Shown: piece after piece, positions 13,735 through 28,124 of the stretch | Layout of the letters: the number at the start of each line of letters is the position of its first letter | Position numbering within the stretch: the first letter of the stretch is position 1 | NCBI GenBank assembly: GCA_032718475.1 | Contig: JAUCBJ010001802.1 | Location: forward strand, 1-64,000 | Reading direction: 5' to 3' | DNA length: 64,000 bases | From: Nemertoderma westbladi | Taxonomy: Eukaryota > Animalia > Xenacoelomorpha | The notes under the pieces: generated by a model | Database searches by the model: none | Told to the model about the DNA's origin: nothing | What the model saw: only the letters and a program-made list of their open reading frames with translations | Translations under genes and position numbers: made by a program

Positions 13735-14810
13735 TTCCTTTTCTTCGTACATTTGATAATTCTTCGTATACATTTGCATAAACAACCCATACAAGACAAG
13801 GTACAGTCCGGAAGAATATATTATAGCGAACTAGTGATTGATGTTCCAAATTAATTTAATTAATTGTATACTATACAATAAATAAATACAATTTACACTT
13901 CCCTAAATAAATCAAAAATATATTGTACTCTAAATATATCAACAATAATTGTTGCATCGATACACCATATCCTGGAATATAATAATTAATTCAGGGACCT
14001 GCACCCCCCCCCCCCCCCCCCCCCCCCCCCCATTATACATTTATTTTGCTTCGTCGATGTTGAACCAGCCGTACTGCACTTATTCGTCAACCTTAGTGAT
14101 CCATGTGTACTGTTGGATAACGGTGGAGAGATTCAGAGATTCCAAATATATAACAATATCCAAATTTCATTGAAGAAATTTCTGCATTGAACGTCATGCA
14201 TTTCTTTCATATACTTGATTGTGTTTGTCTTTCAATTATTAACAGTAAAATTAAATATTCTAGGAAAAAAGTTGTTCATACATAACATAATAAAATTTGG
14301 TGTATTTATGTGTATTTATTTAGAATAAATGGTCCCCATCGGATGCAAAACCATGCTTCTTTCAAACCCCCTTATCTCAGCTATTTATGAATTTTAAAGT
14401 TCGTTTTATAAATAAATATTGTATGTAGTTAATCGTTTTATAGTAGTTAAGTTTGTTTTATCTCCGTTTTATGGGCACTATACGTTTATTTACGCAACTA
14501 CGTTTCTATTCGCTATAAGTTTAGCTTCCTCGCCCTGTAATATATGAATATGAATAATACAGTACCTATTTAAGCATGACGATATGCTTTTGCTATCAGG
14601 CTATGATGGCATTATCATCTTCCGTGATTCCCGTTATATCTGTAGTCACAACAACAACAATCTACTAACAGTCGCCCCCGCACCCCGCAGGCGGGTCCGC
14701 CTATTGCAGTATTGCTGCACGCACAGATGCGCGAGCTGCTGTGTCTGTCTACCGGTAGTACCGTTACCGGCGTTACCGTACCTACCGGGTTCTGCTGTAC
14801 TGTGCTGTAC

Positions 14811-15029
14811 TTTGCAGGACATTGCTTTCGCCGTGAGGACCAGCCAGTGCATAATCTTGTACTTTGGCAGCCTCATGGAGTAAATAAGCATGGTGGACAG
14901 CCCATGACTTTCTTGAGACGCATCTTAAAGGACACTGGCCTTAAAGATGCGGATGATCTAGCAAATGTCATGGGTAATAGGGAGTTGTGGCGGTGCAATT
15001 TTGTTGACAAGCCGGCACAGCATTCTTAA
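14811..15029 (+). mobile_element. 3' fragment of an RTE-like LINE ORF2
   Basis: FAGHCFRREDQPVHNLVLWQPHG...GGQPMTF...KDTGL...MGNRELWR matches the RTE/RTE-X ORF2 C-terminal pattern (FAGH..R, LW.P, RGRP, DR..WR). Confidence 0.75.
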
Positions 15030-15316
15030 AAATGCAGCTGCAATGCAGCATGCCGATCCTAGTAGTAGCTGTACTGTGTAGTGTAGGCGTACTGCAGTAC
15101 TGCCAGATTGCTGGACTGCTGTAGGCCTACTGTAATAACTGAATACGAATACGTGAATACTGGGGTAACCAATACAGCAATATGCGGTCGGTCGAAGCGT
15201 CGAACCTGATACCGGTCTGCCGGTAGGCCTATGTATTAAAGACACGATCAGACGATTTGGATTTAGTCTATTAAACCTGTAAACAGTTAAATAATAATTA
15301 ATAAACTCATCGATCA

Positions 15317-17209
15317 ATGGTATATCTGTCAATGGCGAGATTTTTCACGTACATAAACCTGCAAACTATTAGAAACCGACGAAATATTATCATCGGTGTT
15401 TTGTTTCTTCTACTCCTTATTTACTTAATGCCGAATATATTTCGTTCGACAAAATCTTATCTGGGAATTTCTGCGAGTTCAGAATGTCTGACGAAGTTTG
15501 TCGCTTCGGAAAGTTGGGACGGTTTGGTAGCGGATGAGAAAGCGACCTTATCAACCGCGGAGGTCCCTCTCCTCCCATATCTAGGCAACGGACGACTCGG
15601 TTTCGGTTTATCCCGCGACAGTAAGCTGTACCTCCACGATCCCGGTGAGGGGGGCGAGCACTTCTACATAGATTCCGGGTTATCGCCTCTAATTAACATT
15701 ATGGTAGAATCCGGAGTGGGTTCTCGTAGTTTATCTAACGACGCGTGGGCTCTCAACATCGAATCCGCTTTCGGCTATCGGTACGTAAGTTACTCGCAAC
15801 TTGATTGTCTCACAGTAAAACAGAAGATATTCGCTCACCGAACCAAATCCTCCCTAATTGTCCAACGATTTTCCATCTACAACTACAGGGATACCCGTAC
15901 GTTGTCGGTTAAACCCGCTCTATCCACCTCGCCTTCCGACCTGACCGGTCGTTTAGGTTTAGCCGCGGATCCGGCCCCGTTAGCGGTAGCGGACTCGCAA
16001 GGTAAAGCCGTCAGTTACGTCGTCTACAAGGGAATCCTCCCGGCGGCCGAGGCGGGGGCCGATCGCGCGGTGCCGGTGTGTCTCGCGGTCCCTAAACCCG
16101 TCGTCGAGATGAGCGAACTCCCTGGGAATCCGATCGGAACCACCGAGTTCACGTTCGTCTTGGGCGTTCAGTACGGGGCCATTAGTTCTAGAACTTCTAT
16201 AACGGAGGAAGCGGTAGAGGATTGTGTGACGCGACTAAAAGAAGAGATAGAGTCTGGGATTAAACTGGTCACGTTGGAAGACAGCCACACGGAGGCGTGG
16301 AGGAGTCTATGGAGGAGTCGGTTGCACGTGGGACCGAGTAGCGAACCAGACGCCCCGAACTCGTTCGTTACCCAGTACACCATATACAACATACTGAGTT
16401 CGGTGGAGTCGCCTCTCCTAGACGTGGACGAACTGACGACCACGCGACGCGAGGAACTCGTCCGGTTGCTAAATAACCCGGAGACCTGCTTCCGGGGGCA
16501 TCCCACGGTGGACGCGGTAGCGTTGTGGCGCACTCCCGCCACCGTGGCCGACGTCCACCAACTGGTCCGGCTGTGGACGTTGACTTTGGAGAAACACGGC
16601 TGTTCGAAGATCCCCGAGTTGGGCGCCTCCGGTATGATGGAGGCGATGGTGCTGAGTTTCGCGTCGTTCACCTTCACGCAGCACCATCTCGCGCTCACCG
16701 CTGACCCGCACTACTTCCATCGCGACATCCGCCTGCGACACGTTAACTGCGAGGGTTGCTACATCCATCTGAACATATCGCTTCTCGCGGACGGCACAGC
16801 TAGTCTCAACGTATCCGCGGAGAGTTGCGAACTGCAGCTGTTCGTCTGCGGCGGCGGGTGTCTCGATAAACCGCTCCCGTTGGACGTCGAGACTTTAAGC
16901 TTCCCGGTTAAGGTAACGCGGCCTCTAACCGCGCTGCTTTACGTCGCAAAGAGCGAGAAACATTTACTGGAACTTAAGAGCGCCTTGCACATTAGGGACC
17001 TCGTGGTGTTCCACGCCAGCGGTTCCGGCTCCAATCTCGCGCTCAATATATTCTGGGTTTGCGTTGCGGTTATAGTTATATCGTTCCACGGGTTCCTCTT
17101 GGTTCTCGTGGTTCGGGAATGGCGCGGCAGCCGCAATGTGGTTGTTGATCTGCCCAGTTTGTACCGAACCGGTCGTCCACCACGTAGGAAACTCCAGGGC
17201 TGGATTTAG
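15317..17209 (+). CDS. KIAA2013: KIAA2013 homolog (DUF2152), intronless, nested in a CELSR intron
   Basis: 630-aa ORF with N- and C-terminal hydrophobic segments. Family motifs PYLGNG, LWTLTLEKHGC, MVLSF..F.FT.HHL, GCLDKP, VKVTRPLTALLY, FWV..A....SFH.FL. The start may instead be the ATG at 15332. Confidence 0.9.
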   Translation: MVYLSMARFFTYINLQTIRNRRNIIIGVLFLLLLIYLMPNIFRSTKSYLGISASSECLTKFVASESWDGLVADEKATLSTAEVPLLPYLGNGRLGFGLSRDSKLYLHDPGEGGEHFYIDSGLSPLINIMVESGVGSRSLSNDAWALNIESAFGYRYVSYSQLDCLTVKQKIFAHRTKSSLIVQRFSIYNYRDTRTLSVKPALSTSPSDLTGRLGLAADPAPLAVADSQGKAVSYVVYKGILPAAEAGADRAVPVCLAVPKPVVEMSELPGNPIGTTEFTFVLGVQYGAISSRTSITEEAVEDCVTRLKEEIESGIKLVTLEDSHTEAWRSLWRSRLHVGPSSEPDAPNSFVTQYTIYNILSSVESPLLDVDELTTTRREELVRLLNNPETCFRGHPTVDAVALWRTPATVADVHQLVRLWTLTLEKHGCSKIPELGASGMMEAMVLSFASFTFTQHHLALTADPHYFHRDIRLRHVNCEGCYIHLNISLLADGTASLNVSAESCELQLFVCGGGCLDKPLPLDVETLSFPVKVTRPLTALLYVAKSEKHLLELKSALHIRDLVVFHASGSGSNLALNIFWVCVAVIVISFHGFLLVLVVREWRGSRNVVVDLPSLYRTGRPPRRKLQGWI

Positions 17210-18125
17210 TTCGGCTTTATTTTTTATATCCCAGATGTTTTTACTTGAAAATCGTATTAAAGGGTCTCCGATTCGGTTGCCCAAGTTACGTCGAGTCCGT
17301 GGCCAGTCTGTGGCCGGAGATACCCAGTTCGTTGTTTTACCATTTACAGATAAGTTGACGTTGGATTTTAAGTACCAAATCGTATATTGCTGAGATTATT
17401 TATAACTTTTGTCCTGCCCAATCCGTGTTGGTGCGTAGAATATAGAGAACCCTAGTTAATTTGGTATCCGTAACGTTCGTACGTACGTATTTTTTTATAA
17501 ATTTGTCTTCGTTTATTTAATTTAAAACTTCATTTTGGGTTGTACGATTGTAGGTCTAATAGGTTTGTGATCGGGTCAACATTGCAATATAGCGATTGGA
17601 TTTTGTTTCTGTTTTTCTGTTTAAAGACAATAAGTACTGCGGTGTTTAATGGAATTTCGTTTGATGGCCAGTATATTTTTACAGACTATGTTTGAAGCTA
17701 TAAGAGTTGCCACTTTGGTGCCACTTATTATGGCATAATTTTAATGGGTTTAGGTTAGGTATTACGAAGGTTAGTCATCCCGTCCCCTCTGTCGTTTAAT
17801 TGTTTTTCTCAATTATTTTTGTAGCTATACATTGTATTCAGGCAGGTGCGCCATCGGCCACCTGTAAAGTGACTCAAATTTCCCAGACAGCAACTACCAG
17901 ATCAACTGCTGACCAATAAGATACTTTAACAATGGATAGGAATTAGCCAATAGCAGAATTAATAATTATACGATCATTAAAGTACACAAATTATAACAAT
18001 GTGGGTTAACCCTGTAATAAAGCAATCGTTATGTAAGTCTTTACAGTCAATTTCACGAAATGAGACCTTCGGTTCTATTTATCTACGATATAATAAGGGA
18101 GAAAGCAATACTCCCCTTTAACAAA

Positions 18126-19680
18126 GAGATTGTAATTATAGAGGTATAGCGCCACGGGGAGATTGTAATTCTAGAGTTATAGCGGCACGGGGAGATTGTA
18201 ATTCTAGAGTTATAGCGGCACGGGGAGATTGTAATTCTAGAGTTATAGCGGCACGGGGAGATTGTAATTCTAGAGTTATAGCGCCACGGGGAGATTGTAA
18301 TTCTAGAGTTATAGCGCCACGGGGAGATTGTAATTCTAGAGTTATAGCGCCACGGGGAGATTGTAATTCTAGAGTTATAGCGCCACGGGGAGATTGTAAT
18401 TCTAGAGTTATAGCGCCACGGGGAGATTGTAATTCTAGAGTTATAGCGGCACGGGGAGATTGTAATTCTAGAGTTATAGCGGCACGGGGAGATTGTAATT
18501 CTAGAGTTATAGCGCCACGGGGAGATTGTAATTCTAGAGTTATAGCGCCACGGGGAGATTGTAATTCTAGAGTTATAGCGGCACGGGGAGATTGTAATTC
18601 TAGAGTTATAGCGCCACAGGGAGATTGTAATTCTAGAGTTATAGCGCCACGGGGAGATTGTAATTCTAGAGTTATAGCGCCACGGGGAGATTGCAATTCT
18701 AGAGTTATAGCGCCACGGGGAGATTGTAATTCTAGAGTTATAGCGCCACGGGGAGATTGTAATTCTAGAGTTATAGCGCCACGGGGAGATTGCAATTCTA
18801 GAGTTATAGCGGCACGGGGAGATTGTAATTCTAGAGTTATAGCGCCACGGGGAGATTGTAATTCTAGAGTTATAGCGCCACGGGGAGATTGTAATTCTAG
18901 AGTTATAGCGCCACGGGGAGATTGTAATTCTAGAGTTATAGCGCCACGGGGAGATTGCAATTCTAGAGTTATAGCGGCACGGGGAGATTGTAATTCTAGA
19001 GTTATAGCGGCACGGGGAGATTGTAATTCTAGAGTTATAGCGCCACGGGGAGATTGTAATTCTAGAGTTATAGCGCCACGGGGAGATTGTAATTCTAGAG
19101 TTATAGCGCCACGGGGAGATTGTAATTCTAGAGTTATAGCGGCACGGGGAGATTGTAATTCTAGAGTTATAGCGCCACGGGGAGATTGTAATTCTAGAGT
19201 TATAGCGCCACGGGGAGATTGTAATTCTAGAGTTATAGCACCACGGGGAGATTGTAATTCTAGAGTTATAGCGCCACGGGGAGATTGTAATTCTAGAGTT
19301 ATAGCGGCACGGGGAGATTGTAATTCTAGAGTTATAGCGCCACGGGGAGATTGTAATTCTAGAGTTATAGCGCCACGGGGAGATTGTAATTATAGAGTTA
19401 TAGCGGCACGGGGAGATTGTAATTCTAGAGTTATAGCGCCACGGGGAGATTGTAATTCTAGAGTTATAGCGGCACGGGGAGATTGTAATTCTAGAGTTAT
19501 AGCGCCACGGGGAGATTGTAATTCTAGAGTTATAGCGCCACGGGGAGATTGTAATTCTAGAGTTATAGCGGCACGGGGAGATTGTAATTCTAGAGTTATA
19601 GCGCCACGGGGAGATTGTAATTCTAGAGTTATAGCGCCACGGGGAGATTGTAATTATAGAGTTATAGCGCCACGGGCGTA
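18126..19680. repeat. 33-bp tandem repeat, ~47 copies
   Basis: Unit GAGATTGTAATTCTAGAGTTATAGCG(C/G)CACGGG; very homogeneous. Confidence 0.97.
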
Positions 19681-20229
19681 TAATTAGTGGGAGACGCTGT
19701 TCCTTTTCCTCTTATTTTTTTTTTGAATCCGCGTAGATAAGTAAAATACTGTATGTATGTGATTTGGTTGTGGATTTCATTTTATGATAACTAGCTAAAT
19801 CACCTGGGTATCGAATTAAAACAATCACCAAAATTAACCAAACACAGTCCGAGTATTCGAATAAATCCGTCACCGTCGTTAATGATGACGTGTTGTTTAT
19901 TATACAAACAAGATACACCAATACCAACAATGACAAACAATGAATATTAAATTAATTACATTAATTTTCATTAAATACAAAGGAAATTGTTGTGATTTAA
20001 CCTGCGGGGTGATAAGTCTAAGTCTCCCCCCCCCCCCCCTCCTCTCTTCATAAATACTTCTTCGGATTACATTTTTATTGTGCGCGTAATTTTCCACAAA
20101 TCAGCCATCCAAGTCTCGATATATTCTAATAATAAATTTACTACCGAACTACAAGCTTGTAGATAGTAGTCGTTGGAACTCACGAAATATATTAGTAGCT
20201 ATATATGCCGAAGGCACCGCATCCCATTT

Positions 20230-20392
20230 GTTAACGAACAGACGCGTGATTTACGTTTAGTTGGTGGGTGATCTGGGTCCCAGTTAACGAACAGACGCGT
20301 GATTTACGTTTAGTTGGTGGGTGATCTGGGTCCCAGTTAACGAACAGACGCGTGATTTACGTTTAGTTGGTGAGTGATCTGGGTCCCAGTTA
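20230..20392. repeat. 53-bp tandem repeat, 3 copies
   Basis: GTTAACGAACAGACGCGTGATTTACGTTTAG...GGGTCCCA begins at 20230, 20283 and 20336. Confidence 0.9.
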
Positions 20393-20951
20393 GCAGTCGT
20401 GCTATATTTTCCTTCCCCTTTTGATACTTTCAGTAATTTATCGCCGTCTAGCTCGCCCTTCTGTTAATGCCTCCCTTCAATAGCTGCTGGCGGCGCTATC
20501 TATATTGTACGATTGGTGTCACCGTACCATTAGCAATGCCGCCTCGCTTACTCTGTGCAACTATCTGAATTTTATACGATATAACTAAAAACACGCTCCT
20601 ATTTTTTGCTATTCTAAATGCATTAGGATTTGTCACAATTATTATACATCAATAATTATTACACTGTAATTGTTGTATTATGGAATCTGACTATGTAACA
20701 TTATTGGTTTCTTTAATTGCCGGAAACATCGTACCGCGACGTCCTCAAATGATAATTATCTCTTTATCTTATTTTACACATTTAACACTTTACTGACTGA
20801 AGAAGACAGTAATAGGTCAATTATACCATAACGGATTTCTGTTAATTGTTTTAAACTGGAACCCAGCGCGATATGCAACGCATCGGTGGAACTAATAGTA
20901 GGAAATATAATACCAAATGATATGAGCAAAATACCGACGTCTTAATGTTAA

Positions 20952-21197
<246 letters not shown>

Positions 21198-22085
21198 TAA
21201 AGAAACATTTTTGAGATTGAGTTACTAAACTTTCTGGCAAACATTGCACTTTTAAGTTTCCTGAAGACATCAAGTATATAGATTGGTAATTTTATAATTT
21301 TTTCTGTTCCCGTTGTTAATGCTAATATTCCACAATAATCTTAATATCATTGCAATACAGCTCTATACAAGGATCAGCACACTGCAAAGTGTTACATCAA
21401 GTAAACAATGTGTACAATTAACCGATGATGAATAACTTTCTAAGTTACTTGACAAAATGTTAACGCAACTCCTCAGCCTCCTATTGAACTAATAAGAGGC
21501 CCTGTACGTACAGTGTCCACCATCTAGACTTTATGAATGTTTATTGATTTGTTGTAGTGATGAACTACTATCTGCGATATGGTCTGCTAATAAATATTAA
21601 TAATAACTAACATTTCTTGTTCTCAATAAATTTGTTCATACAAATTCCATCTCATCCTACTACTACAGTAAGTATTTCTCTACGGAATTTAATCCATATC
21701 TTTATCTGAAGTCACAAGCTGTTCGCCGCAGTCAATACCAGCGGGTTGTGATAGTGACAGCATATAATCTGCGTGAACGCCTACAACTTTATTAGTTGGC
21801 GTGTGCCCCACCGAAGCTAATGGGCAGTCGGTTAACAATAACCTATTGGGGCTTCACGCAGCCCTTTGTAACACATGTGGGGTTTGGGGCGGGTTTGATT
21901 GCGGTGCGGTAGAGTAGGAGGCCAATGTTTACGGGGCCGTCTTTACGGGAGTAGAAACTGTTTACTTCTGGAGTTGGTATCTCAGTAGGCTAGTAAGTCA
22001 AGAGGTTGTCGCCCGTGAAGACTTACCATCAGCCCAGCATGTATTTCAGCCCTCGGTCTGAATTTGGCACCTATGCATACGTAGT

Positions 22086-22667
22086 GGTATTGGTGAAAAA
22101 TATCGAAACTTGAAATATAATCTGGTGTTGAAATATATCGCGAGTAAAAATTTCGAAAATATCGAGAGTAAAAATATCGAGAGTAAAAATATCGCTAGTA
22201 AAAATATTGAGAGTAAAAATATCGAAAGTAAAAATATCACCAGTAAAATAAATTTTCATATTAGCTAGTGTTTTCTAAGGAAGCTAGTAGTGTTTGTTTT
22301 CATGGGTAGCTTGTGTTTTTACAAAAACTATAGCTATTCAAATTTTTTTAAATAAGACAGTATTTATTTTAGTTTCCATGGAACTAGGAGCAAGTATTTT
22401 CGTTGGTAGCTAGTGTTTCATTACAAAAATTGTAGCAAATTTTACTCGCGATATATTTCAAGTCTTGATATTTTTACTCTAGATATTTTTTACTCTCGAT
22501 ATTTTTACTTTCATATTTTTCAACACTCGATATTTTACTCTCGATATTTTTCAACACTCGTTATTTTTACTCCCTATATTATTACTCGCGATATTTTTAC
22601 TTGTGATATTTTGTTAACTCGCGATATTGGCGATATTTGTCAACATGCGATATTTTTCAATAGAACC
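22086..22667. mobile_element. Foldback/MULE-like element with arrays of 15-bp subterminal repeats
   Basis: Left arm AAAATATCGAGAGTA repeats; right arm inverted TACTCTCGATATTTT repeats. Termini GGTATTGGTGAAAAATATCG / CGATATTTTTCAATAGAACC. Confidence 0.7.
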
Positions 22668-23053
22668 AAAATTATTGGTTATATGGAATAATATCGAGTG
22701 TAAAAATATCGTGAGTGAAATAAACGGGCAAAATAAATGATTATTGTTCGGAAAACTGGCGATACAAGTTTAACAAAATCCCTTGATTCGTGATTCCCTG
22801 ATTCGTGTTCGCACTCCATCTAAAACTTAAAAGGTCATTAATTAAAACTTATATAACTAAAATTGTCAATTATCGACTCAGAAATTTAGAAAATGACTCA
22901 TAATTTACCTAATTATTCGATAAATTCTTAATGAGTATGTTTTTGTTTATGTATATTTTTGCATATTGCGTCTCATCAATTCCTAATTTTAATTTAAATA
23001 TTTCGATTAAAATGATATACCATAAATATTCGCTATATTTTGTTTATTTCTAG

Positions 23054-26000
23054 GTGATAATTGCGAGATCGACTTTAGACAAACAATGTGTCGGAGACAC
23101 GGACATCTGTGCCAACCCGATTCCACTTGTATCGATACTCCTATCGGCATGAAGTGTCTCTGTCCTTCCGACAACCACGTTCAACCATTATGTATCCTAC
23201 CGGCGCGCCAATTCGTAGAAGGCGCATTCGCGAGTTTTCCATCTATCGCCACTAGATGGAGCGCGGTAGTAGAACTGGAATTCGCCACAACTCGAGACAA
23301 CGGGCTTATCTTCTACGCGGGAAGTTTCGACGCCACTGATGACTTCATATCCCTCGAACTCGTACATAGTCAGCTGATATTCTCTGTTTTTACCGGCGGC
23401 GATTTGCGGACCCAGGCAGCGACGCGAATGTCCGTGGGTTTATCGGACGGGGAGTGGCATACCGTTACCATGGAGTATAAAGTGAAACAATCCAATGGCG
23501 GTATGTACGGAGTAGTGAGTTTATCCGTGGATAAATGCGACGCCATCTTGTGGACACATGGCGATACTAATCTATCCACAGATCGTTGCTCGGAGACAGC
23601 CAATCACATCGACTCTCGTCTCTCTTTGGACCTGGAAGGACCGGTGTTTATAGGCGGGTTGCGTCGGCGGCTGAGAGACGTGTTGCTGGGCAACCGGATT
23701 CATCACGCTGACTTTGAGGGTTGTGTGCGGAACTTGCGAATTAACCACGCCCCTGTGGATATGGGCCAGTACGTAGCGGAAAAGAACTCACGTCCTGGAT
23801 GCCCCGCAAGGCGGGATTTCTGTTCGACGACGCCCTGCGACCACGGGCGTTGCGTTAACCGATACGATAAGCGGGAATGTCGTTGCGACGACGGTTGGGG
23901 TGGAGAAGGTTGCGATCGGACTGCCTCCCCAACCTACTCCTTCCGTGGATCCGGTCTGCTCACCTACGTCGTCTCACATGAAGTCGAGTTACCATGGCGA
24001 CACGAAATAATGTTCCGAACGACGAATACCAATGGACTAATCCTACACCTTACGTTCGCCTCTTTGCTAAAGTCATCGGGTCTTACAATCGATATAAATA
24101 AACATGGGCTTTTACGATATAGTCTGGACGGTAAAGTGTCCCTAGTGATGGATAGTATGCAAGTTAATGATGGTATATGGCATCACGTAGCCGCTACTTG
24201 GTCCCACACCTCGTTGAATCTCAGTCTGGATTACGGGAACCACACGAAATCGATACGGGTTGAGGGGAGGTGGATAACGTTGACAACAGTGACAGGGTTG
24301 ATGTTGGGGGGCATACTGGAAGAGCACGGCGAGGGGAAGGTGGCAGACAGGCCGTACACTGGTTGCATACAAGGGGTTGTTCTAGAGAATGAGAGGCTGA
24401 GGGAGACACCAAACGAGATAGGGGAAGTGAGACTCGGTTGCGAAGGGGTGGGTCTTGGATGCCAAGGAGTTAACCCGTGCGGTCCGCGGTCAGCTTGTAG
24501 TGAAGTCTGGGGAGGCCGCGATTGTGCGTGCGATCTTGGTTACCATGGGTACCCTGATTGTGTCCACGCGTGTTCCTTCTCTCCGTGTCTCAACGGGGGC
24601 AGTTGTGCTCCGGTTACTTTCGGTTTGGGTTATGTCTGCGAGTGCGCGGTAGGCTGGTACGGACCTACCTGCGAGGTTTCGGTGCCTAGGACCTGCCCCA
24701 ACGGCTCCTGGGGCCACCCCTTCTGCGGACCTTGCCTATGTTCCGTTACGCACTCCTTTGGGTGCGATGCGACTACGGGACAATGCCGATGTCCCGACGG
24801 GAGCTACGAGTTGGAGGGTGAGTGCGTGGATTGCAATTGCTACGTCGAAGGGTCTATCAACTCGGTATGCTCTAAGGTCGGTGGGCAGTGCGAATGTGTG
24901 AGCGGGGTCTCTGGTCGGCAGTGTAACCAGTGTCAAGGTGGTCCGTCCGGGGAAGTCACTAAACGTGGTTGCGTAGCAACCAACAACGTATGTCCGAAAT
25001 CCTTCTTAGGGGGAGTCATCTGGCCGGAGACTTCCTTAGAGAGTTTATCCAAACAGGAGTGTCCACGTGGCTCTTCGGGATTGGCTACTAGATTCTGCGA
25101 TCTTGAGTGGAACGAACCTAACTTCGTGCGTTGCTATTCGGACAAACTGAAACAATTTCAAACGTTAAATTTTACGGCAACGTCAACAGAACAAATGTTG
25201 TATCTAAGCGAAGCCATCCACGGAATTGATAGTCTGCAAGGCGGAGACTTAGTTACCATTACAACGTTATTGACTAAAGTATTGGGGTTTGAGTCAAAGC
25301 AATCAGGACTGAATATGGCGGCGTCTAGGGATGTTATTATAAATGACAATCGGTTTGTAGATAACGTCGTTCAGGTTCTCGATCGGGTAGTGGTAGAAAA
25401 ACACCTGAACAACTGGGAGAATATTAATAAAGGCGATAACCGAGACACTAATATAACGCAGTTGATTCAAGTTGTCAACGAATTTGCCATTAATATTGTC
25501 AACAATTCTGCAATGTCCTACATACAAGAGTTCACATCTAGCAGCGATGGTGTCTTATTTTCACTACACAAACTCACTAACGATCCTATAGAACTGGTAT
25601 TGCCCTTAGGCAATTTATCTTCTAGTGTTTCAATATCTCCGTTTACACAAACATTAGCTTCATCCGCCTCTCCTATAAGAATGTCAAGGGCGTCGCCAAT
25701 GCTAAAGGATGCCCATTACCACGTTATTGTTCTCATTTACAAAGATTTAGGAAAACTTTTTCCTATGAGGAAGGCTTCCACAGTTGATGATGGATATGAA
25801 TCAATGTATTCTAGAACTATTGTTAGCCCGGTGGTTTCTGTGGTATCCTCGCTTGAGTTGAGTCAATCAGCGGCCATTGATGTCTACCTAGAACTGTACA
25901 ACTACTCCGCAACTGGGAACTTAAGCTGCGTTAGTTTCGACCTGGGTGGCACCGACAGATGGAGTGCTACCATGGGCGAGTGCAACCTAACCAACATCAG

Positions 26001-28124
26001 TGGTCGCAGTGCTGTCTGCTCATGTGTTAACGTTAGCTACGTCGCAGTGATGGTAGAAACCCAATTAATTGACCACAAGCTGTTAATAACGTCAAGATTA
26101 ATAGTTTATATATTTGTTTCAATTTCTCTAATTTTCTGCTTTTTGACTGCGTTGTTTTTTGCGATTAGCAGCAAACTCCATAGCGTCATCAACGGTATCC
26201 GCATTAACTGCATATTCTCCATCATTATCAGTCAGACGGTGTTCCTCATCGGTATCAACTCAACCCAGCCGGTGATTGTTTGTCGTCTCGTCGCAGCGGT
26301 TCTCCAGTTCGCCCACACTTCCACGTTCCTCTGGCTGCTGCTAGAGGGCGTACATATCTACCGGTTGCTAAGCGAGGCCCGTGACGTCAGTAAGGGGTAT
26401 ACTCGTTACTATCTTGCGGTTGGTTACACCCTGCCATTGGTTAATCTCGCGCTGTCTATTGGTCTCAGTACAGACAGTTACGGTAACGAACGATTCTGTT
26501 GGTTATCCCTTTGGGAACCAGTAGTTTGGGGTTTCGTGGGCCCTCTTATATGTTGCCTTGTTTTAACCATATTATTCTTTGCCTTATCCGTTTTTGTGGT
26601 TATGGACAGGAAAAACAATGAAGGTGAAAAACGACTGATTATGATTGCATTGAAATCCTGCTGTATTATTCTCCCATTGGCTGTCAGTTGCTTGGTAACC
26701 GGATTACTTTCGGTTAATCACAACGATCCCATTCTGTATATTTTTTATGGTTTAAGTTGTCTATTTTTGAGCGTCGCACTTTTCACTTTGCACGTTGTGG
26801 GCAACTCACAATCTCGCAAGGAACTAGCTATAAGTTTGAAGAACTTTAATAGGTGCGCAAATGGTGGCACAAAACTTGACGAAAAATCTGCGCCGAAATC
26901 CGCCTTGGCGTATCGGAATAACAACGGAACCAACGTGGACTTAACGACATTCAAAACAGTCGCCTTCTGTCGGGATATCAGCGAATCGGGGGACAGTTAC
27001 CCCGCGGGGACGGGACACATGCACTCGGGATACTCGACCGGATCCAGTGACGAGAACCTCGCCGTGTGGCACACCTTACCGGACAGCGTGAAGGACCAAC
27101 TCCGTGATAGCATGCGATCTTCCTCGGTGGACACCGGCTGCACCATGTCCACCATAGTCGGAACGTACCCCGGACCAAAACGGTTCGGCTCTGGGAACTC
27201 TTTCTCACGCCGGAAAAAATGCAACGAGGCCCAGGACATATTATCCTACTACCATCGGGAGGACAACGGGTTCCCGGTTTTAGATTCGTTCGCGCCATTG
27301 CGGAATCCGCGTCCTGTTGTTTCCGATTCCGAGTCGTATTTGTCCCCTGATTTGACCAACACTATCCGGATTCCGGCCCGCTCGGAACCTCTGTACGAGG
27401 AGGTGGACCGAGTGATGCGTTCTAGAAACGCCACCCCCGACACTTCGCTAGCAGCAGTGAGTGTATCCGCGGTTAGCGACTCGCTCCGGGACAACATCGA
27501 TAGAGGCAGACCGATAACTCCGTTGGCTGATGTCAGACCCTCTCCGAGTGGAGGGAACAGCGAAACCAGCCCCAACGGAGTCAGAACACCCCCAAGCGGC
27601 GGGAGTCCTAAAGGGAATTCCGTCAAATCAAACAGTATCAAGGGGATATTTTACAACCCAGTGTTCGATACAAAAGTAAAAAGTAACGCGGAACAAAAAC
27701 GGAACGGTGTGGAACAGATCGAGAAAGGGGTTGAGAATGGGAACATTTATAAACGCGGGAGTCCACTAGTGGAGTCACCGCAGGCCACCAGCACTCCGCG
27801 AGGCAGCACTTCCGATCCCGACACACTGCAGCGGTACCTACCAGTAGGTCCGTGCGAGATGATAGTCGGCCGAGTGGCGGTACCCAGCGATTACCCAGAT
27901 AAGTTTGTACCGCCCCCACCAAACTCCTACATATCCTCCTTTAAGCGACTCCACCAGGACTGCAGTCTACAACCTGTATCAGTCGACGGCAAGTACAAGA
28001 TGATTCGCGTACCGGCTGAGCGCGAATACTCAATGTACCCGCCCGGGGGCGCTAATATCCGCACTATATGTTCGACGCCTCCTAAAGAGTTGTCTATTGT
28101 TTCTCAACCACCCCCAAAGCCCAT
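23054..28124 (+). CDS. CELSR: CELSR 5-kb exon: EGF, 2 laminin-G, laminin-EGF, HormR, GAIN/GPS, 7TM and cytoplasmic tail
   Basis: TTTCTAG acceptor gives GDNCEID. LamG motifs (LEFAT, DGEWHTV, FEGCVRNL), HormR (CPKSF..GVIWP), family-B 7TM (FLWLLLEGVHIY, YGNERFCWL). AT|GTGAGT donor at 28125. Confidence 0.95.

Noticed and set aside
18136-18960. 274-aa (LQSPRGAITLE)n ORF
   Set aside because: Product of the 33-bp tandem repeat, with a non-ATG start.
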